A stretch of 64,000 nucleotides of DNA from Lachnospiraceae bacterium (GCA_045535935.1 JAZSMO010000012.1:35813-99812); one strand, 5' to 3'; positions 21,278-30,922 are shown, counted from the stretch's first letter. The notes: generated from the sequence alone by a model not told the origin. Numbers and translations are program-made.

Positions 21278-21619
21278 CTATTCTTTCTTTTCTAAAACAT
21301 ATAGTTTTATTTTATTAATTATGGTTGCAAAAATCAGTGTGGCGGTCAAGACAAGAAGAACAAAAATCCGTAAGTCCCGCAGAATCCACTCTGCAAAATA
21401 TAAGATAAATACATTTTCCAAGAGAATCAGTTCCAAAGAAATTTTGCCTAAAAACTTCAGTGCTTTGTTGTGAATGCGCACTTTCATAAGTAGAAGCAAA
21501 AGTAAGCTGAGACCGCGTTCCCATTTTGAAACCGCCTTGTCTGTGACACCGAGTTTTTCTTTATCCATATGCGTTACCTCAATCCGCTGCATTCGGAGCG
21601 AAAAAAGGAAGCCAGCCAC
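21278..21619 (-). pseudogene. chimeric remnant: XRE-type HTH fragment joined to an acyltransferase-3 C-terminal fragment
   Basis: The 113 aa ORF contains LGVTDKAVSKWERG (second half of an XRE HTH). This is directly followed by FLGKISLELILLENVF, a paralogue of FLGKISLELYLIHNLF in the adjacent 924 aa gene. Confidence 0.5.
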
Positions 21620-21649
21620 ACCGGCAGTGCTTCCTTCTGTGTAAATAAA

Positions 21650-23650
21650 TTATTCTTTATAAGTTTTTTCAAACTCATCGATCGGCATCGGCTTCGCATA
21701 ATAATATCCCTGAATCAGGTCACATTCCTGCTCAATCAAAAAGTCTACCTGATCACGGCTTTCGATACCTTCCGCAACGATTTTCATATCCAGCTTCTTG
21801 GCAAGATCAATCACCTCGGAGACAATGAGCATTCCGCGGTCCAGAGAATTCATGCCGCGGAAGAAATCCGCATCGATCTTCAATACGTCGATCTGGAGTT
21901 CCTTGAGAGAATTCAGTGAAGAGTAGCCTGCGCCGAAATCGTCCATGGAAACAGGGAATCCGTGCTCACGGAGCTGCTTTACTGTGTTTAAAAGCACCTG
22001 CTTGTCGTCGAAGAATGCGCTTTCTGTCAGCTCCAGTTCGATCACATCGTGAGGGACATTGTATTTGTCTACGATTTTGCAAATATGATCCGCCAGATCC
22101 TCACGCGTAAAATGTGCACGGGATATATTGACGGAAATCGGAACAACCTTACGTCCCGCGGAAATCCATTGTGATTGTTTTCGCGCAATTTCTTCCAGCA
22201 TATAGTCATCCAATTTTAAGATAAATCCATTTTTCTCAAAAATAGGAATGAAGCGGTTTGGCGGGATAAAGCCTTCCGTTGGGTGGATCCATCGAACCAG
22301 TGCTTCCGCACCGCCGAGCTGTTCTCCTTTTGTGCTGATTTTCGGTTGCAGATACACTTGGAACTCATTGTTTGCGAGGGCGAGGTCCATTTCATCCTCC
22401 ACTTTGTGTTCCCAAAGATGTTGTTTATTCATTTCTTCGTCGAAAAAGGCAATGTGTGTTTCTGCGTCTTCGCCCATGAGTTCCCGCGCAATATAGGCGT
22501 TATTATAAAGAAGTTCCACATCTGTTTCTCCTTTTTCGGCCAGACAGACGCCGAAAGTAAAATGTAATTTCATATTCGGGAGAACCTGGCTGACAGACGC
22601 CTCTATTTTTTCGATGCGATCCAGGAGCGATTTTTCATTTTCGTACAAAAGCAGAAGCGCAAAATCCGCATTTTCCCGGTAAGCCATCTGCTCTTTGTTT
22701 CGAACAATTTTGCGGAGCGTATGATAAAAACGTTCCAAAAGTTCTTCGCCGTCCCTCACGCCGAAGCAGGTGCAGAAGCTTTGATATTTCCGCATGCGGA
22801 GATGTACAACAGCATATTTCCGGCGGCCGTTGCGATTCCTTTTCAGAAGCTTTGTGCTGTGCGTTGTAAAATGCAACCAGTTGTTTCCGCCGGTGACCAT
22901 GTCCGTGTAAATCACTTTCGTAATCCTGTGCTGGTCCGCCAGAACAAAAATAAAGGACACCAGGTAGTAGATACAGAAAATGACAAGCATTACGATTCCG
23001 GTTGCGAGCATGATGAGGATAAAAACAAAGTCCATCGCATATACATCGATATTGTTCAGTACACAGACATTGTAACTGCCTGCAGGTATCACAAACCAAA
23101 GTTTGGCGTGCAATATGCTTATATGTTCAAAGGACGACGAATTTTCGGAGAGAGCTTCAAGCGGTGAAAGATTTATATGGTCATAAAGATCCGGACTGAT
23201 GACCATTCCTCCGTCTTCAAAAGCAAAAACATTTTGTGCATCTTCTTCTATGACAATTTTGAGCGTATGTGACGTTCCGTTTTGCTGGAAATAAAAGTCG
23301 GAAGCCTCTTTCATGTCAGGATAGCGCTCGGAGGAGCTCCAGAGCGGCCTGTTATCTTCTGACAGAATGCTGACAGCAGCAATATCAGGCGAAAAGGTGA
23401 GATACGATAAAATTTTATTGCCGGTTGCATCGAGATCGTTCTCTGCAATGTTCTCGTAGGCAGAGGCAATACGCTCGGAATTCAAATTGCACAGATCTAT
23501 TTTCGTATAAAGTGTACTGACGACAGTCAAAGACGTGATGACTGCCAACATAATGATGAACATAAGTAAAAGAAAAATCAGACCGATGATCGACGGTACA
23601 ATCCGATTCTTTTTCATTTTTTTAATTCGTTTGTCTTTGGCTCTTTTCAT
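21650..23650 (-). CDS. membrane sensor protein with degenerate GGDEF domain and EAL phosphodiesterase domain
   Basis: 666 aa. Two TM helices flank a periplasmic-type region. The GGDEF position reads RENADF. The EAL domain looks intact (EALVRW, DDFGAGYSSL, EGIES, QGYYY). Confidence 0.85.
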   Translation of the reverse strand: MKRAKDKRIKKMKKNRIVPSIIGLIFLLLMFIIMLAVITSLTVVSTLYTKIDLCNLNSERIASAYENIAENDLDATGNKILSYLTFSPDIAAVSILSEDNRPLWSSSERYPDMKEASDFYFQQNGTSHTLKIVIEEDAQNVFAFEDGGMVISPDLYDHINLSPLEALSENSSSFEHISILHAKLWFVIPAGSYNVCVLNNIDVYAMDFVFILIMLATGIVMLVIFCIYYLVSFIFVLADQHRITKVIYTDMVTGGNNWLHFTTHSTKLLKRNRNGRRKYAVVHLRMRKYQSFCTCFGVRDGEELLERFYHTLRKIVRNKEQMAYRENADFALLLLYENEKSLLDRIEKIEASVSQVLPNMKLHFTFGVCLAEKGETDVELLYNNAYIARELMGEDAETHIAFFDEEMNKQHLWEHKVEDEMDLALANNEFQVYLQPKISTKGEQLGGAEALVRWIHPTEGFIPPNRFIPIFEKNGFILKLDDYMLEEIARKQSQWISAGRKVVPISVNISRAHFTREDLADHICKIVDKYNVPHDVIELELTESAFFDDKQVLLNTVKQLREHGFPVSMDDFGAGYSSLNSLKELQIDVLKIDADFFRGMNSLDRGMLIVSEVIDLAKKLDMKIVAEGIESRDQVDFLIEQECDLIQGYYYAKPMPIDEFEKTYKE

Positions 23651-23878
23651 GAAAAATCCTCACATATAATATTTGATTGCGTGATGTCAGAAAAATGCAA
23701 TCATAATTGTTATCATTTTACCATTAAGGAAAGCTACTTTTGTATCTACAAAAATACACAAAATCCCTTGCTTATATTTGGTAATTATGCTATCATATCT
23801 CTCGGTGACAAACAAGTGTGCGCAAGAGGCGTACAGTCAAAAACAACTGTTTGCGTGACGCAGACACGAGGTGAAATC

Positions 23879-24322
23879 ATGAAACAGACAACCGAATATT
23901 TCGTGGTGAAACAGAAAGCGTTGCCGGAAGTACTTCTCAAGGTGGTGGAAGCCAAGCGTCTGATCGATTCGGGACGGAACATTTCCGTGCAGGAAGCCGT
24001 GGATCGGGTCGGGATCAGCCGGAGTTCCTTCTATAAATATAAAGAAGACATCTTCCCGTTCCACGACACAGCGACCGGTACGACGATCACGCTGACGTTC
24101 CAGATGGATGACGAGCCGGGACTTCTCTCGGACGTGCTGAAAACAATCGCAACGTTCGGTGCGAACATCCTTACCATCCATCAGAGTATACCGATCAACG
24201 GTGTGGCTTCGCTTTCCATCAGTGTACAGGTTCTTCCGACGACGGGAGATGTATCAAAGATGGTCGATGCCATGGAGCAGCAAAAAGGCGTTCACTACGT
24301 GAAAATAATAGCTAAGGAGTAA
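23879..24322 (+). CDS. ACT-domain protein (UPF0735/PheB-like)
   Basis: I chose the start at ATG 23879, 6 nt after GAGGTG; the upstream part of ORF 23681.. has no SD and lies in the promoter region. The C-terminal ACT fold is TITLTFQMDDEPGLLSDVLKTIA. Confidence 0.8.
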   Translation: MKQTTEYFVVKQKALPEVLLKVVEAKRLIDSGRNISVQEAVDRVGISRSSFYKYKEDIFPFHDTATGTTITLTFQMDDEPGLLSDVLKTIATFGANILTIHQSIPINGVASLSISVQVLPTTGDVSKMVDAMEQQKGVHYVKIIAKE

Positions 24323-24328
24323 AGAAAA

Positions 24329-25534
24329 ATGGTAAAAGTAGCAGTATTAGGATACGGTACCGTAGGAAGCGGTATTGTAGAAGTAATTAAGACAAATCAG
24401 GACATGGTAAATAAAAAAGCAGGAGATGAGATCGATGTAAAATACATCCTTGATCTTCGTGATTTTCCGGGGGATCCGTATGAAAATCTTGTGGTACATG
24501 ACGTGGAAGTCATCTTAAACGATCCGGAAGTTCAGGTGATCGCAGAGGCTATGGGAGGCGTAGAACCTGCATATACATTTACAAAGAGAGCCCTTTCGTC
24601 AGGAAAGAGCGTTTGTACATCCAACAAAGAGCTTGTGGCAAAACATGGTCCGGAGCTTCTCCAGATCGCCCGCGACAACAAATGTAACTACATGTTTGAG
24701 GCCAGTGTCGGCGGCGGTATTCCGATCATTCGTCCTTTAAACGCATCCCTTACACCGGAGCGCGTGGACGGAATCACAGGTATCCTCAACGGAACGACCA
24801 ACTACATCCTCACAAAGATGGAAAAAGAAGGTTCCGACTTTGATGTGGTATTGAAGGAAGCCCAGGAAAAAGGCTATGCAGAGCGCAATCCGGAAGCGGA
24901 CGTGGAAGGATACGATGCCTGTCGTAAAATTGCCATTCTTTCTTCCCTTGTATATGGAAAGAATGTCAATTTTGAAAATATCTACACAGAAGGTATTACA
25001 AAGATCACAACGACTGATTTTACATATGCAAAGAAAGCAGGTTGGACGATCAAGCTTCTTGCGATGAGCAAAGAAGTGGACGGCAAATATTTTGCGATGG
25101 TAACCCCTTGCATGATCAACGCAAGCAATCCGCTTTACAGTGTCAATGACGTGTTCAACGGAATTCTCGTTCACGGAAATACACTGGGCAACACCATGTA
25201 CTACGGTGCAGGAGCAGGTAAGCTTCCGACCGCCAGTGCAGTTGTTTCCGATATTATCGACTGTGTGAAACATCTCGGCAAGACCGTATTCTGTTTCTGG
25301 GATGCAGAAGATTTGCAGCTTTCCAGCATGGACGATTCCGTGAAACGTTTCTTTGTCCGTGTGGCTGATGCAGATTTTGCGAAAGCACAGGAAGTGTTCG
25401 GCGATGTGGAAGTCATTGATGCAGACGTAGCCGGCGAAAAGGGATTCTTCACAAAGGCCATGAGCGAGAAAGAATTCAACGAAAAGAGCGCACAGATCGG
25501 CAATGTTTTAAGCCGTATCCGTGTGGAAGAATAG
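24329..25534 (+). CDS. hom: homoserine dehydrogenase
   Basis: VAVLGYGTVGSG Rossmann motif, the catalytic region FEASVGGGIPII and a C-terminal ACT-like tail. Confidence 0.92.
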   Translation: MVKVAVLGYGTVGSGIVEVIKTNQDMVNKKAGDEIDVKYILDLRDFPGDPYENLVVHDVEVILNDPEVQVIAEAMGGVEPAYTFTKRALSSGKSVCTSNKELVAKHGPELLQIARDNKCNYMFEASVGGGIPIIRPLNASLTPERVDGITGILNGTTNYILTKMEKEGSDFDVVLKEAQEKGYAERNPEADVEGYDACRKIAILSSLVYGKNVNFENIYTEGITKITTTDFTYAKKAGWTIKLLAMSKEVDGKYFAMVTPCMINASNPLYSVNDVFNGILVHGNTLGNTMYYGAGAGKLPTASAVVSDIIDCVKHLGKTVFCFWDAEDLQLSSMDDSVKRFFVRVADADFAKAQEVFGDVEVIDADVAGEKGFFTKAMSEKEFNEKSAQIGNVLSRIRVEE

Positions 25535-25549
25535 AAAGCAGGAAAACCT

Positions 25550-26752
25550 ATGAAATATGTAATTGTACTTGAGGACGGTATGGCAGATGAGCCGATCGAA
25601 GCGCTCGGAGGCAAAACACCATTAGCCTATGCTGACACACCGAACCTTGACCGTTTAAGCAAGATGAGTGAAATCGGAATGGTACACACGATTCCGGACG
25701 GCATGAAACCGGGAAGCGACACAGCCAATCTTTCCGTGATGGGATACGATCCGAAGATTTATTATTCCGGACGTTCTCCGCTGGAAGCACTCAGCATCGG
25801 CATTCCGATGAAGGATACGGACATTGCGATCCGTTGCAATATCGTGACGATTTCCGAGGATGATGTCCCGTTTGAAGAAAAAACGATCATCGATCACAGT
25901 TCAAGTGAAATCAGCACGGAGGAATGTGCGGTTTTACTGGAGGCGGTAAAAAAAGAACTTCAGAATGAAATGTATCAGTTTTACGTGGGAACGAGCTACC
26001 GTCATTGTTTGATTTGGGACAAAGGACAGGTGGTGGAGCTGACACCTCCGCATGATGTGCTCACACAGGTGATCGGACAGCATCTTCCGCAGGATGAAGC
26101 CCTGCGCGGGATGATGAAGAAGAGTTACGACATTCTTGTGAATCATCCGGTCAATATCGCCCGCAAAGAAAAAGGATTAAATCCGGCGAACTGTTGCTGG
26201 TTCTGGGGCGCAGGTACGAAACCGATGCTTTCTTCTTTCTATGAAAAGACAGGAAAGAAGGGACTTATGATCTCGGCGGTTGACCTTCTGAAGGGTATCG
26301 CAGTCGGTGCAGGTATGGATAATGCCGAGGTGGAAGGCGCAGATGCAGGTCTTCACACCAACTATACCGGCAAAAAAGACGCAGCAGTCAAGGCTCTCAC
26401 ACAGGATGGCTATGACTTTGCATATATTCACATTGAGGCTCCGGACGAGATGGGGCACCAGGGAAGCTATGAGAGAAAAGTGCAGGCGATCGAGTATATC
26501 GATGAAAAAGTAATCGGACCGCTCGTTTCCGAACTTTCTGCAGCAGGCGAGGAGTTCCGTATGCTTGTGCTTCCGGATCATCCGACACCGGTCCGCCTCC
26601 GTACCCATACAGCGGACAGCGTTCCGTATATGCTTTATGATTCTTCGGCTCCGCTGGATCAGACATGGGACTATACAGAAGAGGCAGCAACAGCTTCCGG
26701 CAACGTAGTTGCAAAGGGCTGCGAGATGATCGATATGTTATTTGCGAAATAA
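25550..26752 (+). CDS. cofactor-independent phosphoglycerate mutase-like metalloenzyme (ApgM family); candidate non-canonical homoserine kinase
   Basis: 400 aa. MKYVIVLEDGMAD...TPNLD N-terminus and IHIEAPDEMGHQG motif of the archaeal-type iPGM/alkaline-phosphatase superfamily. It is embedded between hom and aspartate kinase. Confidence 0.8.
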   Translation: MKYVIVLEDGMADEPIEALGGKTPLAYADTPNLDRLSKMSEIGMVHTIPDGMKPGSDTANLSVMGYDPKIYYSGRSPLEALSIGIPMKDTDIAIRCNIVTISEDDVPFEEKTIIDHSSSEISTEECAVLLEAVKKELQNEMYQFYVGTSYRHCLIWDKGQVVELTPPHDVLTQVIGQHLPQDEALRGMMKKSYDILVNHPVNIARKEKGLNPANCCWFWGAGTKPMLSSFYEKTGKKGLMISAVDLLKGIAVGAGMDNAEVEGADAGLHTNYTGKKDAAVKALTQDGYDFAYIHIEAPDEMGHQGSYERKVQAIEYIDEKVIGPLVSELSAAGEEFRMLVLPDHPTPVRLRTHTADSVPYMLYDSSAPLDQTWDYTEEAATASGNVVAKGCEMIDMLFAK

Positions 26753-26774
26753 AATTTGAGGAGATTTTTTAGAT

Positions 26775-28094
26775 ATGAAAAAAGTAGTGAAATTCGGTGG
26801 TAGTTCACTGGCAAGTGCTGAACAGTTCGGCAAAGTGGGAGCCATCATCCGTGCAGATAAGGACAGACGTTACGTGGTTCCTTCCGCACCGGGAAAACGT
26901 GACAGCAAAGATACTAAGGTGACAGATATGCTTTACGGTGCATATGCGCTCGCCGAAAAAGGTAAAAACTTTGACAAAGAGCTTGAGGCAATCAAAGCCA
27001 GATATCAGGAAATTATTGACGGATTGCGTCTGGAGCTTTCTCTTGACAAAGAGTTTGAAAAAGTAAAAGCAGACTTTGCGGCAAAAGCAGGTTCTGACTA
27101 CGCAGCAAGCCGCGGCGAGTATTTGAACGGTATCATCATGGCCGACTATCTTGGCTATGAATTTATCGATGCGGCAGAAGTTATCTTTTTTGATAATAAC
27201 GGAAACTTTATGGCAGATAAAACAAACGAAGTGCTTCGTGACAGACTGAAAGGCTGTGAGAGAGCGGTTATTCCGGGATTTTACGGAGCAAAGCTTGACG
27301 GAACGATCAAGACCTTCTCCCGTGGAGGTTCCGATATTACAGGTTCTATCGTTGCAAAAGCAGCAAAGGTAGATGTTTACGAAAACTGGACTGACGTTTC
27401 AGGATTCCTTGTGGCGGATCCTCGTGTCATCGAAAATCCAAAGGGTATCGAGACCATCACATACCGCGAGCTTCGCGAGCTTTCTTACATGGGAGCATCC
27501 GTACTTCATGAAGATGCGATTTTCCCTGTCCGCAAGGAAGGTATTCCGATCAATATCCGAAATACCAACGCGCCGAAGGACAAAGGCACCTGGATTGTGG
27601 AGGATACCTGTCAGAGATCCAAATATACTATCACAGGTATCGCAGGTAAAAAAGGCTTCTGTGCCATCAACATTGAAAAAGACGGTATGAACTCAGAGGT
27701 TGGGTTTGGCAGAAAAGTGCTTCAGGCCTTTGAAGAAAACGGAATTTCCTTCGAGCATGTTCCGTCCGGTATCGATACGATGACTGTGTTTGCACACCAG
27801 TCCGAGTTTGAAGAAAAAGAGCAGAATGTTCTTGCAGCGATTCATAAGCTTGCAAGTCCTGACTTTATCGAACTGGAAGCAGACCTTGCGCTGATCGCTG
27901 TCGTAGGACGCGGAATGCGCCAGACAAGAGGTACTGCGGGAAGAATCTTCTCCGCATTAGCACATGCTAACGTAAACGTAAAAATGATCGACCAGGGATC
28001 TTCCGAGCTTAACATCATCATCGGTGTCAAAAATGATGATTTCGAGGAAGCAATCCGTGCCATCTATCGTATATTCGTAGAGATCCAGTTATAA
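26775..28094 (+). CDS. lysC: aspartate kinase
   Basis: The VVKFGGSSLAS N-terminus, the GGSD motif and tandem C-terminal ACT domains (ALIAVVGRGM) are present. Confidence 0.92.
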   Translation: MKKVVKFGGSSLASAEQFGKVGAIIRADKDRRYVVPSAPGKRDSKDTKVTDMLYGAYALAEKGKNFDKELEAIKARYQEIIDGLRLELSLDKEFEKVKADFAAKAGSDYAASRGEYLNGIIMADYLGYEFIDAAEVIFFDNNGNFMADKTNEVLRDRLKGCERAVIPGFYGAKLDGTIKTFSRGGSDITGSIVAKAAKVDVYENWTDVSGFLVADPRVIENPKGIETITYRELRELSYMGASVLHEDAIFPVRKEGIPINIRNTNAPKDKGTWIVEDTCQRSKYTITGIAGKKGFCAINIEKDGMNSEVGFGRKVLQAFEENGISFEHVPSGIDTMTVFAHQSEFEEKEQNVLAAIHKLASPDFIELEADLALIAVVGRGMRQTRGTAGRIFSALAHANVNVKMIDQGSSELNIIIGVKNDDFEEAIRAIYRIFVEIQL

Positions 28095-28143
28095 AATTGA
28101 CGATTGATTACAGTGACCGGTACATGGTCCTAAGGAGATAATT

Positions 28144-29382
28144 ATGAGCAGTGAAATCAGAGATATCAATCTGGCAGAAAGCGGCGAACGCAAAATAGAG
28201 TGGGTAAAACGGAATTGCGATCTTCTTCGTATGCTGGAGGAAGAGTTTGCAAAGACGAAGCCTTTTGCCGGTAAAAAAGTGGCACTTTCCGTGCATCTGG
28301 AAGCAAAAACCGCTTATCTTTGCAAGGTGCTTGCAGCCGGCGGAGCGCAGATGTATGTGACGGGCTCCAACCCGCTTTCCACACAGGATGACGTGGCGGC
28401 GGCTCTTGTGGCAGCAGGACTTGAAGTCCATGCGTGGTATGATGCCACAGATGAAGAGTACAACCACCATATCCGCAAGGTGCTGGAGGTCGGACCGAAT
28501 ATTATCATCGACGACGGCGGGGACCTGGTGCATATGATGCACACCGAGTTCCGCGATTTGATTCCGAATGTCATCGGCGGATGCGAGGAAACGACGACGG
28601 GTATCATCCGCCTGGAAGCCATGGATGCGGCCGGCGAGCTGATGTTCCCTATGGTAAAAGTAAACAATGCAGACTGCAAGCATTTATTTGATAATCGTTA
28701 CGGAACCGGACAGTCCGTCTGGGACGGTATCAACCGCACGACCAACCTGATTGTTGCAGGCAAGACGGTAGTCGTAGCCGGTTACGGCTGGTGCGGAAAA
28801 GGAACCGCCATGCGTGCGAAAGGTCTCGGCGCAAAGGTAGTTGTGACTGAAATCGACCCGATCAAGGCGATTGAAGCAGTCATGGACGGCTTTGAAGTTA
28901 TGCCGATGAATGAGGCGGCAAAGATTGGTGATTTCTTTGTGACGGTGACAGGCTGTAACAAAGTCATTGACGAGGAAGATTTTGCTGTGATGAAGGATGG
29001 TGCCATCCTTTGCAATGCAGGACATTTTGATTGTGAAATTGATATGGCGAGACTCAAAGAAATCGCCGTAGAAAAGAAAGAAATGCGCAAAAACATTATG
29101 GGCTACAAGCTTCCGAGCGGCCAGTGGATTTTCGTTCTGGCAGAAGGACGTCTTGTCAACCTGGCAGCAGGCGACGGACATCCGGCGGAAATCATGGACA
29201 TGAGCTTTGCCATTCAGGCGTTGTCCGCAAAGTATCTTGTGGAACATGCCAATCAGCTTAATTCCAAACTGATTGACGTTCCAAAGGAAGTAGACAACAA
29301 TGTCGCAGCCAGAAAGCTTGCATTCCTCGGAAAACAGATTGACACCTTGACCGACGAGCAGGTAGCGTATTTGAATTCTTAA
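28144..29382 (+). CDS. ahcY: adenosylhomocysteinase
   Basis: 412 aa. Conserved blocks are present (LAESGERKIEWV, GCEETTTG, VAGYGWCGKG NAD motif, NLAAGDGHPAEIMD). Confidence 0.95.
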   Translation: MSSEIRDINLAESGERKIEWVKRNCDLLRMLEEEFAKTKPFAGKKVALSVHLEAKTAYLCKVLAAGGAQMYVTGSNPLSTQDDVAAALVAAGLEVHAWYDATDEEYNHHIRKVLEVGPNIIIDDGGDLVHMMHTEFRDLIPNVIGGCEETTTGIIRLEAMDAAGELMFPMVKVNNADCKHLFDNRYGTGQSVWDGINRTTNLIVAGKTVVVAGYGWCGKGTAMRAKGLGAKVVVTEIDPIKAIEAVMDGFEVMPMNEAAKIGDFFVTVTGCNKVIDEEDFAVMKDGAILCNAGHFDCEIDMARLKEIAVEKKEMRKNIMGYKLPSGQWIFVLAEGRLVNLAAGDGHPAEIMDMSFAIQALSAKYLVEHANQLNSKLIDVPKEVDNNVAARKLAFLGKQIDTLTDEQVAYLNS

Positions 29383-29419
29383 TTTGTTTGAGTATGTGAC
29401 GCAAGTTTAATGACAATGC

Positions 29420-29462
29420 GGGGCATATAGAGGAGAAAATCCTTTATATGCCCTCTTTTATT
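29420..29462 (+). terminator. rho-independent terminator after ahcY
   Basis: GGGGCATATAGAGGA-GAAAA-TCCTTTATATGCCC hairpin (one mismatch) followed by TCTTTTATT. Confidence 0.7.
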
Positions 29463-29687
29463 GGTTCTAAAATGCGTTATGTAAACCAAAAGGACATGTG
29501 ACGCGGACAAAAGCTAATGACACCCCGTTTTTTGCAAAAAACGGGGTATCACAAGACAATAGTAATTCATATGCCCAAATAGTTTACATAACTACAGCCC
29601 AAAGAAATTAAGCGGGGTACCGCAGAACAAAAGATTTGCTATATGCCCAACGTCCGGAAAGGGGTGCTGAAACAAATCTTAAATATC

Positions 29688-30326
29688 CTAAAATCCAAGA
29701 TCCTCCGCAACAAGGAATACCTTGATTCTTCCGTCGTGTTTGCTCTTTCTGGTGATAACAACCTGACAGCAGATACAGTCAGGAGAGAGACAGCCTGCAC
29801 ATGCGCCTGTGACTGAGCAAGGAGTGTTCTTATTTAAACGGATTGTGTTTGGCGGGCTGGCAACATTTTGTGTTCTTGTCAGGCCGCTGCCGATATCGGT
29901 TACTACTTTGTTCATGCCCACAACGAGATAGACATGTTTCGGTCCGTGAATCAAGCAGGCAACGCGATTGCCGTTTCCGTCGATGTTGACCAGTTCGCCG
30001 TCCATTGTGATGGCATTGGTGCTCATGAGATAGTAATCGCTGCACACTGTTTTTGCATAGATTTCGCGATCTTCCTCCGGAGATTTTGCAGATGCGCGAT
30101 CAATCAATTCATATTTGCCTCCGAATTTGAGTGCATCCATGAGTCCGCATTCTTTTAAGGATTCGGAACCACCCCAGGCAACCGTTGCGCCTTCTTCCAT
30201 CATGGAAAGAATCTTCTCACATGCTTCTGCGGAATTTTCGCAGTAGATACCCTCCATATTTCTTTTCTCAAGATTTTCGATAATGACCTTTGCTTTTTTG
30301 GCAAAGGCTTCTTTTACATATGACAT
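29688..30326 (-). CDS. LUD-domain (DUF162, LutC/YkgG-like) protein
   Basis: 212 aa. The layout is typical of the lactate-utilisation LUD family (GATVAWGGSESL..., MSTNAITMDGELVNIDGNGNRV), with a Cys-rich C-terminus. Confidence 0.75.
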   Translation of the reverse strand: MSYVKEAFAKKAKVIIENLEKRNMEGIYCENSAEACEKILSMMEEGATVAWGGSESLKECGLMDALKFGGKYELIDRASAKSPEEDREIYAKTVCSDYYLMSTNAITMDGELVNIDGNGNRVACLIHGPKHVYLVVGMNKVVTDIGSGLTRTQNVASPPNTIRLNKNTPCSVTGACAGCLSPDCICCQVVITRKSKHDGRIKVFLVAEDLGF

Positions 30327-30547
30327 AGAAATACCTCCCTTTCTTTTTTGATTGTATCATAAAATATGCGCCATGAACAGATGTGATGCACCTGCTTTGT
30401 GTTTAGAATTGTGTGAATATTTCCTCTTTTTTGCTTTTTTTTACACATAAATTCACAAAAAATATGGAAAGAAAAGGAAATATAGGCAGAAAACTACAAA
30501 AAAACGTATAAAAAATGAAAAAATATCAAAAATATTTTAAAATTGTG

Positions 30548-30576
30548 TTGACAAATGTCAAAAGAGAAGATATACT
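30548..30576 (+). promoter_or_regulatory. near-consensus sigma-A promoter with A/T-rich UP region
   Basis: TTGACA (30548-53), a 17 nt spacer, then TATACT (30571-76). About 150 nt of A-tract-rich sequence precedes it. Confidence 0.6.
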
Positions 30577-30922
30577 AAATTCATACAAAAGAAATTCATA
30601 TAGATTAAATCTAATGAAAGAGAGGTACAAGCCGCCAAAAACATAAGCGTCGTACTTTAGAAGAAGTACATAGGAGAAAACATTAGTTGCATTCAAGTAC
30701 ATGGAGAGAAGAGAAGCAGTAAAGTACAAAAGATAAAGTGATAATCAAACATGAGATATCAGCTTACTGCAGTACAATCAGTACAAAGCCGAGGATGGAA
30801 CGAATTACAACAGAATACGGAGGTAGGTCCCATGGATCAAATAGTTAATTAGCGGGTGTCAGTTGAAAAGAGATTGATGCCCGCTAAGTCTTTGTGCTAT
30901 ACTAGGGATGTAAAATCAGTAT

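Noticed and set aside
23681-23878. The upstream 66 codons of the ACT-protein ORF.
   Set aside because: This stretch contains a good promoter (TTGCTT-17-TGCTATCAT) and has no SD. The SD-preceded ATG at 23879 gives the usual protein of about 147 aa.
28095-28143. Possible SAH riboswitch upstream of ahcY.
   Set aside because: The intergenic gap is only 49 nt and contains just an SD, which leaves no room for a riboswitch aptamer.
30755-30800. A BglG/LicT-type RAT antiterminator element (a TTACTGCA match) in the leader upstream of the NagZ-like gene.
   Set aside because: Only an 8 nt match. The remainder does not fit the RAT consensus. It also does not overlap the downstream hairpin as a RAT must.
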